Assembly: GCA_963751345.1 (NCBI GenBank)
Contig: CAVVUS010000034.1
Span: forward strand, 1 to 64,000
Length of the DNA stretch: 64,000 bases
Direction: 5' to 3'
Source: an uncultured Chloroflexia bacterium
Lineage (GTDB): Bacteria > Chloroflexota > Anaerolineae > B4-G1 > SLSP01
The position numbers and the translations under genes are program-made. Positions 22,326 to 32,854 of this stretch are shown in pieces. Position 1 is the stretch's first letter; every line of letters begins with the position of its first letter. A model generated the notes under the pieces. That model was not told the origin of the DNA and made no database searches. It saw only the letters and a list, made by a program, of their open reading frames with translations.

Positions 22326-22514
22326 TGAGGCATGATCATTGGCCATAGAAGTCTGGACGGACTTGGAGGGATAGACGATGAGCGACCTTGAAGACCTTTG
22401 GGGATCACAGCGCCGTCAACCAGGCCGCGTGGCGGGTTGTGCGATCGCCCGCCGAAATGTCCAAGGAGCTGCCGCCACGAAACCTTCGGCCGGCCCCACG
22501 CAACAGTCACTGTC

Positions 22515-24476
22515 TTAGCGTGTCCCCTCACACACCGAAACCCGAAGTCGAGATGGCGAGGGCCCCCCCCTTAAAGACGAATAGCCGGGTTGAACCGGAT
22601 CGCCACCGCGGGAGTTGATGGCGCGATTGGCCACGCGCACGCATCCCAACGGGCCCCTGCCGCCACGCACCGCTTTCGTCTCCGTTTGACGGGCCTCGTG
22701 GATTCCGCGAAGGCGAGATACCATAGTAGTCTTTCTCGTACCAGTCATTGACCCACTCCCACACATTCCCCGCCATATCCACCGCCCCCACCCAACTGGC
22801 ACCCTCCGGGAAGCGCCCCACCGGTGACGTTCGTCGAAGCCATCCGCACAATAGTCCTCAGCACAGTTCGCGTATCGCCGGCGGGTCGTCGCCCCACGGA
22901 TAGACCCGGCCCTCCGGCCCGCCCGCCGCGTACTCCCACTCCGCCTCCGTCGGCAGCCGCCCGCCTGCCCACGCACAGTACGCGATCGCATTCCGTACCA
23001 GCTCACCACGACAACCGGATGTTCCTCATATCCGCTCTTGGGACGATAAGTTTCGCCCGATTGCTCGATCAGCGCGCTGCTGCTGTCGCTCTCCAGCCAC
23101 GTGACACCACCTCCATCTGGTTTCCCTCAGCGTTCCAGGAACACTTCTGCGTATTGCGCGTTCGTCACCTCGGTCCGGTCCACCCAGAACGCGTCCAGCG
23201 TCACATCGTGCACCGGCGCTCTCATCGGCATTACGTCGGTACTTCCCATGGCAAACGTCCCCGCAGGCACGTACACCATCGTCATCCCATCCGCTTCACG
23301 GGTCGCCTGGTCACCCACCGAGGGCAGTCTGGACGTGGATGTCTCAGTGGGCTTCGGCGTCGACGTCGCCCTCGGTGTCGAGGTTGCCGGGTCGACAACA
23401 GCGGCAACGATTGAGGTGGCGCTTGCCCGCACCTCCGTCGTCACCGTGGGCGGCATCGCTGCCTTGTTGCGCCCCAGGCTCCCGATGCCAAGTGCCAACC
23501 CCACCACTAACACCACACCGCCCAACCCCCACCCCCACACCGGGATCGTGCCGATTCCGGACCTTGGAGCCTGCGACACCTCCGGCAGCCGCCGTGTCCC
23601 CGTCGGCGTCGGTCCCGAATCGGACGCGGACATACCGTGGGGCTCGGACACAGTCGCCATCAGCCCTTGCGCCATTCCTATGGCATCAGGCCACCGATCG
23701 TCACAGGCCAACGCCATAGCCCGCGCGATCACGGCGTCCATAGGCACGCTGACCTTCCCGTTCCGCTCGCGCGGCGTCTGGAACTGCCTCGGGTACGCCA
23801 TCCGCTCGCTCGCCGTCGGCGGCGCCTGGCCCGTCAGCGCGTGGTAGAGCGTCGCGCCAAGGCTGTATAGGTCACTCCGCGGATCCGTGTGGTGGCCCGG
23901 CATGCCCCACTGCTCCGGCGGTGCGTACTCCGGCGTTCCCACACCCCGCATCACCGTCTTCGTCCGCGGGTCCGCCGGATCCCACAGCTTCACCAGCCCA
24001 AAGTCCACCAGCACGGCCTCCCCCTCCGGCGTGATGATCACGTTCTGCGGCTTGATATCTCGGTGGATCACGCCCTGTCCGTGGCAATAGGCCAACGCGT
24101 CCAGCAGCTGACCCGCCCACACGACCACCTGCGCTTCGGGGATCGCGCCCTCACGCTTGATCCGATCCGCCAGATTCTCGCCCTCCACGAAGGCCATCAC
24201 AAGATAATCGTTGCCCTGCTCCTCGAAATAGTCCGTCACCGCCACAAGATGGCGATGTGCCAGCTTGCCCAGCACCACCGCTTCCTGTCGGAATTGGGTG
24301 CGGAACTGCGCCAGCGTCGCCGCGTCCAGCCCCGGCTGTGGCACCATCTCCTTCAGCGCCACCGGCTTTTCGAGGCCGATGTGCCACGCCCGGTACACGG
24401 CGCCCATCCCACCCTCGCCCAACAACGCGACGATGCGGTAGCGATTCTGGAGGACCTGCCCTGTCGTCAAAGCCAT
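22515..24476 (-). CDS. Second Ser/Thr kinase - TM - FGE-sulfatase protein; FGE domain broken by several indels (possible pseudogene)
   Basis: Intact kinase ORF 23127-24476; FGE motifs [45 protein letters not shown] scattered across frames 22515-23150. Confidence 0.8.
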
Positions 24477-24656
24477 GGTGCGTCTCCCAAGGTGTGGGTA
24501 GTAGAAGCGCCCAGGATTTCCTCACCAGCAAGAATGCCCACTCCCGAGAACTCCCCTGAGCCTGTATTACGAGTAAGTGGCGCAGCGCCGACCAAATCTG
24601 AGCCCCTGCCTGTAGCGAGGTGTGAACACCAGGGCCTAAGCTGAAGCCACACAGGA

Positions 24657-24691
24657 ATTATACTGACTGAAATCGCGGCACGCAACTTGCG
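24657..24691 (-). promoter_or_regulatory. Sigma70-type promoter of kinase-FGE copy 2
   Basis: Minus strand cgcaagTTGCGT-17 bp-TATAAT, homologous to the promoter at 22291-22325. Confidence 0.55.
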
Positions 24692-24703
24692 AGACGCTGC
24701 ATT

Positions 24704-25111
24704 TCATTGTACAAATGCCTCCGGCGTGAGGATTCCGGTCTCCTCCAGGGAAGTCATAGCCAACAAGTCCGCGTCCGTGGTAATAATGTGAGATGCGCCG
24801 CCCGCCAGTGCACAGGCGACGAACTTATCATCCTTGGAATCACGCGTATAAGAAGGGACAGGTCCGAGGTCACGCAGGATCTCGGCTTTGGCCAAGATCG
24901 CGTCCAGGAGGACCCGGCCTTCCTCCGGGCGTATCCATCGCCGCATCCTCGGTCTCCCGAGAACATCCTCGAGTTCGGCGATCAGTTCCGGCGCGGTAAC
25001 AATACGTATCACATCATTCACCCAAAGATCCTCAACCAACGTGCGAATCGCAGCACTTGGACGAATGAGATAGTGGATGAAGACGCTGGTGTCGATGACC
25101 ACTCGGATCAT
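24704..25111 (-). CDS. PIN-domain (VapC-like) toxin
   Basis: RVVIDTSVF, ELIAEL, RDSKDDKFVACALAGGASHIITTDADLL; directly downstream of the antitoxin. Confidence 0.88.
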   Translation of the reverse strand: MIRVVIDTSVFIHYLIRPSAAIRTLVEDLWVNDVIRIVTAPELIAELEDVLGRPRMRRWIRPEEGRVLLDAILAKAEILRDLGPVPSYTRDSKDDKFVACALAGGASHIITTDADLLAMTSLEETGILTPEAFVQ

Positions 25112-25116
25112 CGACG

Positions 25117-25398
25117 TTATTCCTCGGTGACCTCTTGGCGCGCCTCCTCGATGAGTGCATTGATGTCCTCATCGCTAAGGTCCCTGGCTCGCTGGGAAAC
25201 CTGGGCTGAAGTCTGCTGGAGACGCATACGGAGGAGTTCGCGCTCCGCTTCCAGCAACTTCTCGTAGCGCTCAAAGGCGACGATCACCACGCGCGGTGAT
25301 CCATACCGTTCGACAATCACGTCATCTTCTACCATCGCCCGATCCATGACGCGACCAAAGTTCTGCTGGACCTCACTTGATGGATATCGAAACGGCAT
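25117..25398 (-). CDS. Phd/YefM family antitoxin
   Basis: SSEVQQNFGRVMD...VIVERYGSPRVVIV..E.YE; GGAGG RBS; 5 bp from toxin start. Confidence 0.85.
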   Translation of the reverse strand: MPFRYPSSEVQQNFGRVMDRAMVEDDVIVERYGSPRVVIVAFERYEKLLEAERELLRMRLQQTSAQVSQRARDLSDEDINALIEEARQEVTEE

Positions 25399-25418
25399 CT
25401 CGCACCTCCATGTTGCAC

Positions 25419-25441
25419 AACTTATCTAACATAGATAAGTT
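25419..25441. promoter_or_regulatory. Palindromic operator upstream of the TA operon
   Basis: AACTTATCTA-aca-TAGATAAGTT, perfect 10-bp inverted repeat 20 bp upstream of the antitoxin ATG. Confidence 0.6.
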
Positions 25442-25601
25442 TACCAATATGCACCTTCGGTGTCAAGGTGAGTTCGGTAGACTATTCGTCTAGATCACGG
25501 ATTAGCGGATCGCACAGATTTCACGGATGCACCAATCGCAAGAGTAAGGGAGGCCGTGAAATCCAGTCATCCGACCGCTTCCGAGCGGCATGATCCGTGA
25601 T

Positions 25602-26948
25602 TCAGACACTCCCCTCATCTTGCACGACAACGCCATGCCGCCCGGCCGTGCCATGCCGCACGGCAGTACCCTGCCGCAGCGTCCAGGCCAGGGCGAAGCC
25701 TACCACGGCCAGCAGGCTCGCGCCGCCGAAGACGATCTCGGGCGAGACCGCCTCGAAGAGCGCGCCGGCAATCACCGGGTTGACGACGGTCACACTGGCC
25801 AGGATCCCGTTGGTCGCCAGGTAGATGGGACGCCGGTCCTCGGGTGCCATATCCAACAGATAGGCGCTGAAGCTCCACCACGACGTGCCGTTGACGTAGC
25901 CGACCAGGAGGAAAGCGACAAAGTAGAACGGCAACGCATTCGCCGTCCGAGGCGCATTGGCAGTCCACCCACCCAACGTGACGGCGACGAGCGCCAGGGC
26001 CTCCACGCCGGCTGCCGCACGGATGGCGGCCCAGCTGCCCACGCGGTCGACCAACATGCCCCCGACCAGCGCCGAGACCGCGCTGCCCACGCTCTGCAGC
26101 ATCACGAAAGTCCCAATCATCGTCGTGGCATCCGGGATGATCTGACGCGCCCGTATCACAAAGAAAACAAAGGTGGCGGCGGGCGTGGAGATGACCAGCT
26201 GCACCAAAATCACCCGGCGCAGCCATCGATCCTGGCGCAGGTATACCCACACCTTTCTCAGGCTGTCGCGGAGATCCGGCTTGTCGGCGACGCGTGCCAC
26301 CTTCGGCTCCCGGACAAAGGACATGCTGACCACCGAGAGCATCAACCACACAAAGCCGACGAGGAAGAGCAAGGCCCACCGGTTTGCGCTGGCTACGGAC
26401 TGGAGGTCGAGAATGCGGTTGACGAAGTAGCCCGCAGCAGCAGAGCCGAAGCTGGAGACAAACTGCCCGAGGCCGAAGAACCGCCCGCGGAATCCCTCGG
26501 GGACAGCTTTGGCCACGAGCGCAGGCCAGGACACACCGTTCAGCCCCTCGGACGTGAAGAAGAGCATCACCGACAGGGCCAGGATCAACATCGCCAGCCA
26601 GGTCCGGGTGCCGGCCCAAAGAAGCACCCCGACGGACAGCAATAGAATGGGCAGCCGTCCGCCGATGCTGGACCAGATAAGCAGCGGCTTCGCGCGCGGT
26701 CGCGCCTCCAGGACGCTGGCGGCCCAAATCTGGGGCACGGTGATCATCAGGATCCGCAGCGCGGAGAGCAACCCTACCAGCAACTCCGAGCCCGTAAATT
26801 CGTTGACAAAGGCGGGGACCACCACCAGCGGATCGTAGAAGGCGAATCCGACGGAGAAGAAGACGAAATCACCGATGAGCGCCAGCACATTTCGGGTGGC
26901 AGAGGGCGACGCGAGCGCGGTGGCGCCGGAGGAGGAGTCAGTGGCCAT
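25602..26948 (-). CDS. MFS transporter
   Basis: 448 aa, about 12 TM segments, RGRFFG and GGMLVDRVG motifs. Confidence 0.8.
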   Translation of the reverse strand: MATDSSSGATALASPSATRNVLALIGDFVFFSVGFAFYDPLVVVPAFVNEFTGSELLVGLLSALRILMITVPQIWAASVLEARPRAKPLLIWSSIGGRLPILLLSVGVLLWAGTRTWLAMLILALSVMLFFTSEGLNGVSWPALVAKAVPEGFRGRFFGLGQFVSSFGSAAAGYFVNRILDLQSVASANRWALLFLVGFVWLMLSVVSMSFVREPKVARVADKPDLRDSLRKVWVYLRQDRWLRRVILVQLVISTPAATFVFFVIRARQIIPDATTMIGTFVMLQSVGSAVSALVGGMLVDRVGSWAAIRAAAGVEALALVAVTLGGWTANAPRTANALPFYFVAFLLVGYVNGTSWWSFSAYLLDMAPEDRRPIYLATNGILASVTVVNPVIAGALFEAVSPEIVFGGASLLAVVGFALAWTLRQGTAVRHGTAGRHGVVVQDEGSV

Positions 26949-26959
26949 GGGTTCCCTTT

Positions 26960-28403
26960 CTAGACCAGATCGCGTCGCGCCGCCGCCAGGATCTTGTCCA
27001 TCTCGCGGGAAGTGTCAGGATCGAGGGGAACCGGTTCGTGCTCTCGCAGCAGCCGGTCCTTCATTTCGGCGCATCGCTCGTCCATCGAGGTCGCACCGTT
27101 CTCCACCCAGGTGGACCAATACTCCCGGTCCAGGAGCTGTGGAAACCACAGTTCCCGCCGGAAATGGCGCACGGTATGCATCTGATCCAGGAAGGTAGCA
27201 TCGTGGGCTACGCTACGGACCACGTCCAGCCCCAGGAGCTCGTCATCGACCTCGAAACCGCGCATCAGGCGCTCGACATAGCCGATGATCTCGTGCTGCA
27301 TCAGCAGCATCTTGAGCGACGAGGCCTGATCCACGCCCGCGATGCCCAGATGGCCGAAGATGTCGGCCCCCGCCATCGCGCCGCACGCCAGCGTGATCCC
27401 GGCCTCCAGCCCGGCCTGCGCATCGGGCAGTTTGGCGTCGGTGAGGCCGACGTTGATGTAGACCGGAAGGCCGTAGTGCTTGCCCATCTGCGTCATCGCG
27501 ACCGCCATCAGCGCCTGCTCCGGCCCGGCAAAGATCAATTGCGTCGTCCGCATATCGAAGGCATGGGGGATCCCGCCGTAACAGACTGCCAGACCGGGCT
27601 TGATCAACTGCGTGATGCAGATTCCGGCGAGGATCTCGGCGTTTTCCTGGGCGAGGGTGCCCGCCAACGTCCCCGGCGCCGTCGCGCCGACCTGGGCCAT
27701 CGGTCCGATGGGCACGGGCAGCGAGAAGCGCGCCGTCTCAAAGAGGAGATCGATGCCATCGTGGGGGAACTTGAGCGGGCTGATGGGCTCCAGGAAAGGA
27801 TAGGTCAGGGGATAGCGCGCAGCCTCCGCCTCACCGCCGGAGACAAGGGCGAGGATCTCAAGTACATAGCGCGCCGAGGCGCGCCCGCTGAACCAGAAGT
27901 GGATCGGCTTGGTAGTGTGTTTGAGCTGCTCTGCAGCCACAGCGACGCACCGGTAGGCCGGCGGCAGATCCTGCGGATCTGCCATCGCGCCGACCAGGTT
28001 GATCCGCGGCAGTGCATCGCCCAGCCGCGTAGCCGTGGCCACGTCCGCCAGCGTCGCATAGCGCCGCTGCGTACATCGACCCTCCGGGCACGCATCCTCC
28101 ACCACCCAAGAGGCCTCGCCTGCCACCGAATTGTAGGTACGCTCACCGACACCGTAACGGGCCTGCTTAGTGCGATCCCGCCCGTAGAGCGTGAAGCGCT
28201 TCCCGGCGCCCTCAAGCGCCCACATCACCAGGCGTTCCGGGATGCGTACGATCCCAGCGTCGTCATCCACGGCGGCGCCGGCCTCCGCGAAGAGTGCCCG
28301 CATCTTTGCGTGCGGAATGCGGACGCCCGGCGACTGCAGCAAGCTCAGGGCTGCATCGTGGAGGCGAGAGATTTGCGATTCGGAGAGTATGCGTCAGTTG
28401 CAT
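26960..28403 (-). CDS. mttB: Trimethylamine methyltransferase (MttB) superfamily protein, non-pyrrolysine (indel ~28392 near the start)
   Basis: ILSESQISRLHDAALSLL, PISPLKF, GATAPGTLAGTLAQENAEILAG, DMRT, AGPE, TDAKLPDAQAGLE; no in-frame TAG. Confidence 0.85.
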
Positions 28404-28418
28404 ATCGATTAGTCCGGA

Positions 28419-28487
28419 AACCTTGCGAAGCTGGCCCGAGTCCTGGCAACTGCCGCCAGGGACTCGGGCTTGAACCTTCGCAAGGTT
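28419..28487. repeat. Nested inverted repeat (ACCT...AGGT family) touching the GH38 stop codon
   Basis: AACCTTGCGAAG...CTTCGCAAGGTT outer arms; GCCCGAGTCC...GGACTCGGGC inner arms. Confidence 0.6.
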
Positions 28488-31415
28488 AAGGCTCTACCCG
28501 CACCGTGACAATCCCGAAAGCCGGCACGCTCACCGTCAGTGTATCGCCCTCCAACCGGAGGCCGTCGGTATCCAACGGACGCTCCAGCGTATCGACAAGG
28601 ATGGCGGTCGCGCCGTCGTCCACCAGATCGAGTGCGAGAAGCACCTGCGCCTCTGTGGTTCTGCCCTCTATCTCAATCAGGCGGAGGATGAAACCCTCGC
28701 CGTTCTCGGCTTTCTTGAGCGCAGCCAGGCGCACGTTCTCGGGCTGAACCGAGACCAACGAATGCACAGCCGGGAGATCGCCGGGATGGAAGTCTGTGCT
28801 CGTCACAACCAACGGGACGTTCAAGTCCTCGCCAACCCGCGTGCTCTCGCCATCGCCCCAGTCGATGCCATGAGGGACGAGGGCGTACCGGATCACGTGC
28901 TCTCCCTGATCGGGCAGTGGATCGGGATCGATGCTGGAGCGCAGCAGCGTCATATTCAGCGAGCTACCCTCGACGTTGAACCCGTACTTGGAGGTGTTGA
29001 CCAGGGTCACGCCCTGCCGGTCGCGCTCGGAGAGGTCGACCCAGCGCTGCGCGGGTACCTCCTCCCCCTGGAAGAGGTCGCGGCGAATGGCGCCGAAGGG
29101 TATCTCGTATCGCGCCTCGGGGTTGCTGAGATCGAGCGGGAAACGCACCTTGAGATGCGGGATCCCCGCCTCACGGCTCCCGACCTCGCGCCAATCAACG
29201 CGGAGCTCGAAATCGACGCGGGGCACCTCTTCACAGAGGCTGATGTCGAGCGCCAGCTTGGTCTCTCCGAGCGTCCGCGTCCAACGGTAAGTCTGGATGT
29301 GGGGACCGGCATTGACCTTGGTGAGCTGACCGCCGTCCAGCAGGTCCTCCCGGCGCACAAACTGTCCGATGATCCACGCCGACATGCCCTCATACGCCTC
29401 GAGACAGAACTGCAGCACGCCCAGATGCTCGCCCGGAGAGACTAGTTCCCGCTCGTTTCGCTTGTCCACCAGACTGACGATCGTGCCTGACGCGGGGTCA
29501 AGGCGCACGAGGAGGAACTCGTTTTCCATCACGGGCACCGCCGGGTACCGAAGCCTCAGAGCGCCACCCTCGCCGGCCCACATATCCGGGTCCTCCGGCG
29601 CGGGCAGCCCCACCTCCACCCGCCGGTCGGACACGCAGACCGCGCGATATCCCAGGGCAGGGACGTCGACCGGGAAAGCTACCTCCAGGAACCGGTGTCC
29701 GGCGTACTGGCCCGTGCCCAATACCTGGGCGGGCTGAGGGGTCATGCCCTCACTTGTCGCGACAAGCATGGCAGGATCCAGTTCGGTATCCCACAGCTTG
29801 ACGCGAACCACCTCGGTGCGGACGTGAGGCAGGGGATTGAAGACAACGTAGGCGCGATCGCTGGTCCGGGTCACACTGAAAGCAGATTCCCCACCCACGG
29901 CGGTCGCATTGCCAACGCCGGCGCCCATCGCGATGCCCGATTCCATCTCGTCCTTCTCGACCCTCAGGGCGTCCCCGCTGAAGAACCCACGACGCAGCGT
30001 CTCGGTGTCCATACGCCGGCTCAACGCGCGCAGCGCGTTGGTGCGTGCCATCATCGCCGCGGCCTGGACGTCCTGGGCGTGGCCCAGCGTGTAATGCCGC
30101 GTCGCGCGCACACCGGATCCCGGCAGGATGTCATGGAACTGGTCAAAGAGCAGGTGGCGCCACGCTTCCTCCAGGTTGCCGAATGGATAGTCTCACACCG
30201 GCCAACTGATCGCCCAGTGTCGCGGCGGCTTCTGCCGCGTACATCAGGTTCTCAGCATGCCGGTTGGCTTCCTTCTGACGAGCCTGTGATGTGTAGCATC
30301 CCTCGAAGACGAAGTTCCGTTCACCGGTGATCTCGGGAAGCCTGATCCCGTCCGGCGAGGAGTTGCCAACGTTTGCTTCGGCGATCTCGAAGAAGCGCCT
30401 CAGCGTTGAGAACTCGATCCGCGGGTAGATCGGCCACGTAGCCATCTCCAGCAGTTTGCGCAGGTCTTTCCGCGTGGGTCCCCCGCCGTGATCGCCCACG
30501 CCGTAGAGCACGGCCATGTGCCGCAGCCCGGTCGACTGCGCAAACTCAACCAAGGGATCCGCAATGTTTGAGGCGACGGCAACGTGGCGTCGGTCCGCGT
30601 CGAAGTGCATATACCACTGGATATCGTTGAAGACCAATAGCCGGGAGCCATCCGGCCCCAGCCACCAGTAGAGGTGGGGGCCCCGGCTGCCGCGGCAGTG
30701 ATAGTAGTAGCGCACACCACCGCGCGCCAGAATGGTGGGCAGCGTCGCGGGATGGCCAAACGTATCGGGCTCGAAATCGATGGGGACGTCCTCCGGCGAG
30801 AGGCCAAACACATCCTGGAAATAGGCACGCGTGTAAAGCAGATGCCGGCTGATGCTCTCGCCGTTGGCCAGGTTCGTGTCGCCCTCGACCCATTGACTTG
30901 CGGTCACCTCCCACCGCTCCTCGGCCACCCGCCGGCGGATCTGCTCGAACATCACGGGGTCATATTTCTGGATGGCTGCGTAGACGGACGCCTGGCTCTG
31001 CGAGAAGATGAAGTCCGGGAACTCTTCCATCAACGCCAGCATCGTCTGGAATGTGTCGTGAGTCAGGGCCACCGTCTCGGGCCACGACCATTGCCAGTTC
31101 ATGTCGATATGGGCGTGTCCGATGCAGAGCAGCGTGTAGCTCTTGGCCATTTCGGCCAGCGGGGCGAGAGATGGCTTCGGCTTCCGCGGTCAGTGCCGCG
31201 ATATTGGGGGAATTCCCGCGTAGTCCCTCATCCACCAAACTGCCTGCCTTCAGGATGTGAGCCCGCCAGGTGGCAGCCGCGTCAGGGTACGCAGCGCAGA
31301 GACGATTGGCGAAGGCCAGCTCCGCCCGAATCCGCTCCAATCTGCCGGCCGTCCTCCTGGCGTGCATCGACAGGCTTTCTTCCAGCGTCACGAATTGTGC
31401 GTCAAACGAAGCCAT
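28486..31415 (-). CDS. Alpha-mannosidase, glycoside hydrolase family 38 (frameshifts ~31165 and ~30195)
   Basis: GHAHIDMNWQW, QWVEGD, PDTFGH, YGVGDHGGGP, GCYTSQ, QFHDILPGS, YEIPFG, EVPAQRW, TLLRS. Confidence 0.9.
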
Positions 31416-31423
31416 CGTTCCTC

Positions 31424-32059
31424 CTATTCGTGCTGTTTGTGCGGCGCGCCCATTCGCATCTTCTGCAAGCAGTCCGGGCAGATGCCGTGGGTGAACTCCG
31501 CCTCCGAGTGCTCCACCACGTAGGACTCCAGGCTGACCCATTGGCCCTGCTCGGTCTCAATCTTGCGTCCACACCAGGCACAGATCGGCAGCAGACCGCG
31601 CAGCGTCTTGATTGCGGCAAGCGCTTTCCGAAGCTGATCGTTGCGCTCCGCAAGCTCGTCGTTTACTTTGCGGAGCGCTACCCAGTCGTCAAAACGCGCC
31701 AACGCAATCACCACGGTGCGCCGAAGCTCGTCCGGATCCAATGGCTTGACCAGATACGCAGCGACGCCCGCGTCCCGCGCTTCACGGAGCAACTCCTGCG
31801 AGTCGTGCCCCGTCAGCAACACCACCGGCGTCGGCTGTGACTGCTGGATGAGACGGGCGGCCTCGATGCCACCCATCTGTGGCATCTCCACGTCCATCAA
31901 GACGAGGTCGGGCTGCAGACGTATCGTCTGCGCCACAGCCTGACGACCGTCCTCGGCCTGTCCCATGACCTCATAGCCCAGCCGGTCCATGATGCGACTC
32001 GTGGAGCGTCGGAACAGCTCGTTATCGTCGACGATCAGTACCCGCACCCTATCACCCAT
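31424..32059 (-). CDS. Response regulator: receiver + coiled coil + C-terminal Cys/His motif domain
   Basis: VLIVDDN, LMDVEMP, YLVKP; C-terminal LRGLLPICAWC...THGICPDC. Confidence 0.85.
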   Translation of the reverse strand: MGDRVRVLIVDDNELFRRSTSRIMDRLGYEVMGQAEDGRQAVAQTIRLQPDLVLMDVEMPQMGGIEAARLIQQSQPTPVVLLTGHDSQELLREARDAGVAAYLVKPLDPDELRRTVVIALARFDDWVALRKVNDELAERNDQLRKALAAIKTLRGLLPICAWCGRKIETEQGQWVSLESYVVEHSEAEFTHGICPDCLQKMRMGAPHKQHE

Positions 32060-32071
32060 TCGCGATCTCCC

Positions 32072-32819
32072 TCACACCAGGGACACCTCGAGGCCCTGGT
32101 CATCCACCACGATATTCACACTCTCCGAAAAGTGCGCCGGGTCTCGAACGTAACTCAGGTAATCTGCCAGTTGAGCAGCCGAATTCACGGAGTTGTGCGC
32201 CAAGCACAAGGCTCCCAGGGCGCAGCGTATGCTCTCCGGCCTCCAGCATATCAAGGTAGATCGATTTGCCCGTGCCGTGCGGCCCATCGGCGTCCAGATA
32301 GAGCAGATCGATGGTCCTGTCGAAGGTCCGGAGCCACGGCATCGCGTCTTCCCCCAGGATCCGGACATCCACACCATTGTGATCCAGCGTCGCGACGTTG
32401 CGCCGCGCTCGCTCCGCCTCACTCGGGCGAATCTCCAGACCAACAGACAACTCGGCCTGGTAGCAGCTCCCCGGCCCGATTGCCGCACCGGCGTTGGAGA
32501 TATAGGTATTCCCGCAGAAGATACCAACCGCCACCATCACCTTCGGACAGGCGATAGCATTGATGGCGTAGAGCAAACGTTGCATCCGGGGCGTGATTGC
32601 CGTCCAGGGGATCTCGAAACGTTCGCGTACAGCCGCACGATGCGCAGCGAACTTATCTTCGTCATAGCGACGGTGCGGCAAAATGCCGGAGCTCACGAGG
32701 GCATCCAACGCCTGATCGATCACGGCAATCTCATCGTCCACCGGTTCAAGCGGTCGATGGGGATCGTACCAGTTCATGACATACCGGGACCAGTCTCGCG
32801 TCTCGAATCTATGGGTCAT
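32072..32819 (-). CDS. Putative class I SAM-dependent methyltransferase (frameshift ~32215)
   Basis: VGIFCGNT, GLEIRP, GEDA, IDLLYLDADG, LRPG..LAHN across ORFs 32100-32825 and 32072-32527. Confidence 0.6.
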
Positions 32820-32854
32820 TGGCAACTCGCAGTGGGTAAGATAGCACGCCGGAC

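Noticed and set aside
22381-22512. Possible DGR template repeat downstream of kinase-FGE copy 2
   Set aside because: Only an 11-nt match (CGTGGCGGCAG) to the RGG codons; no extended alignment with adenine-specific mismatches and no reverse transcriptase in the window.
20230-25441. Prophage or integrative element
   Set aside because: No integrase, transposase, phage structural genes or flanking direct repeats seen.
26960-28403. Pyrrolysine readthrough in mttB
   Set aside because: The ORF is open through the relevant region with Leu; no in-frame TAG and no pyl genes.
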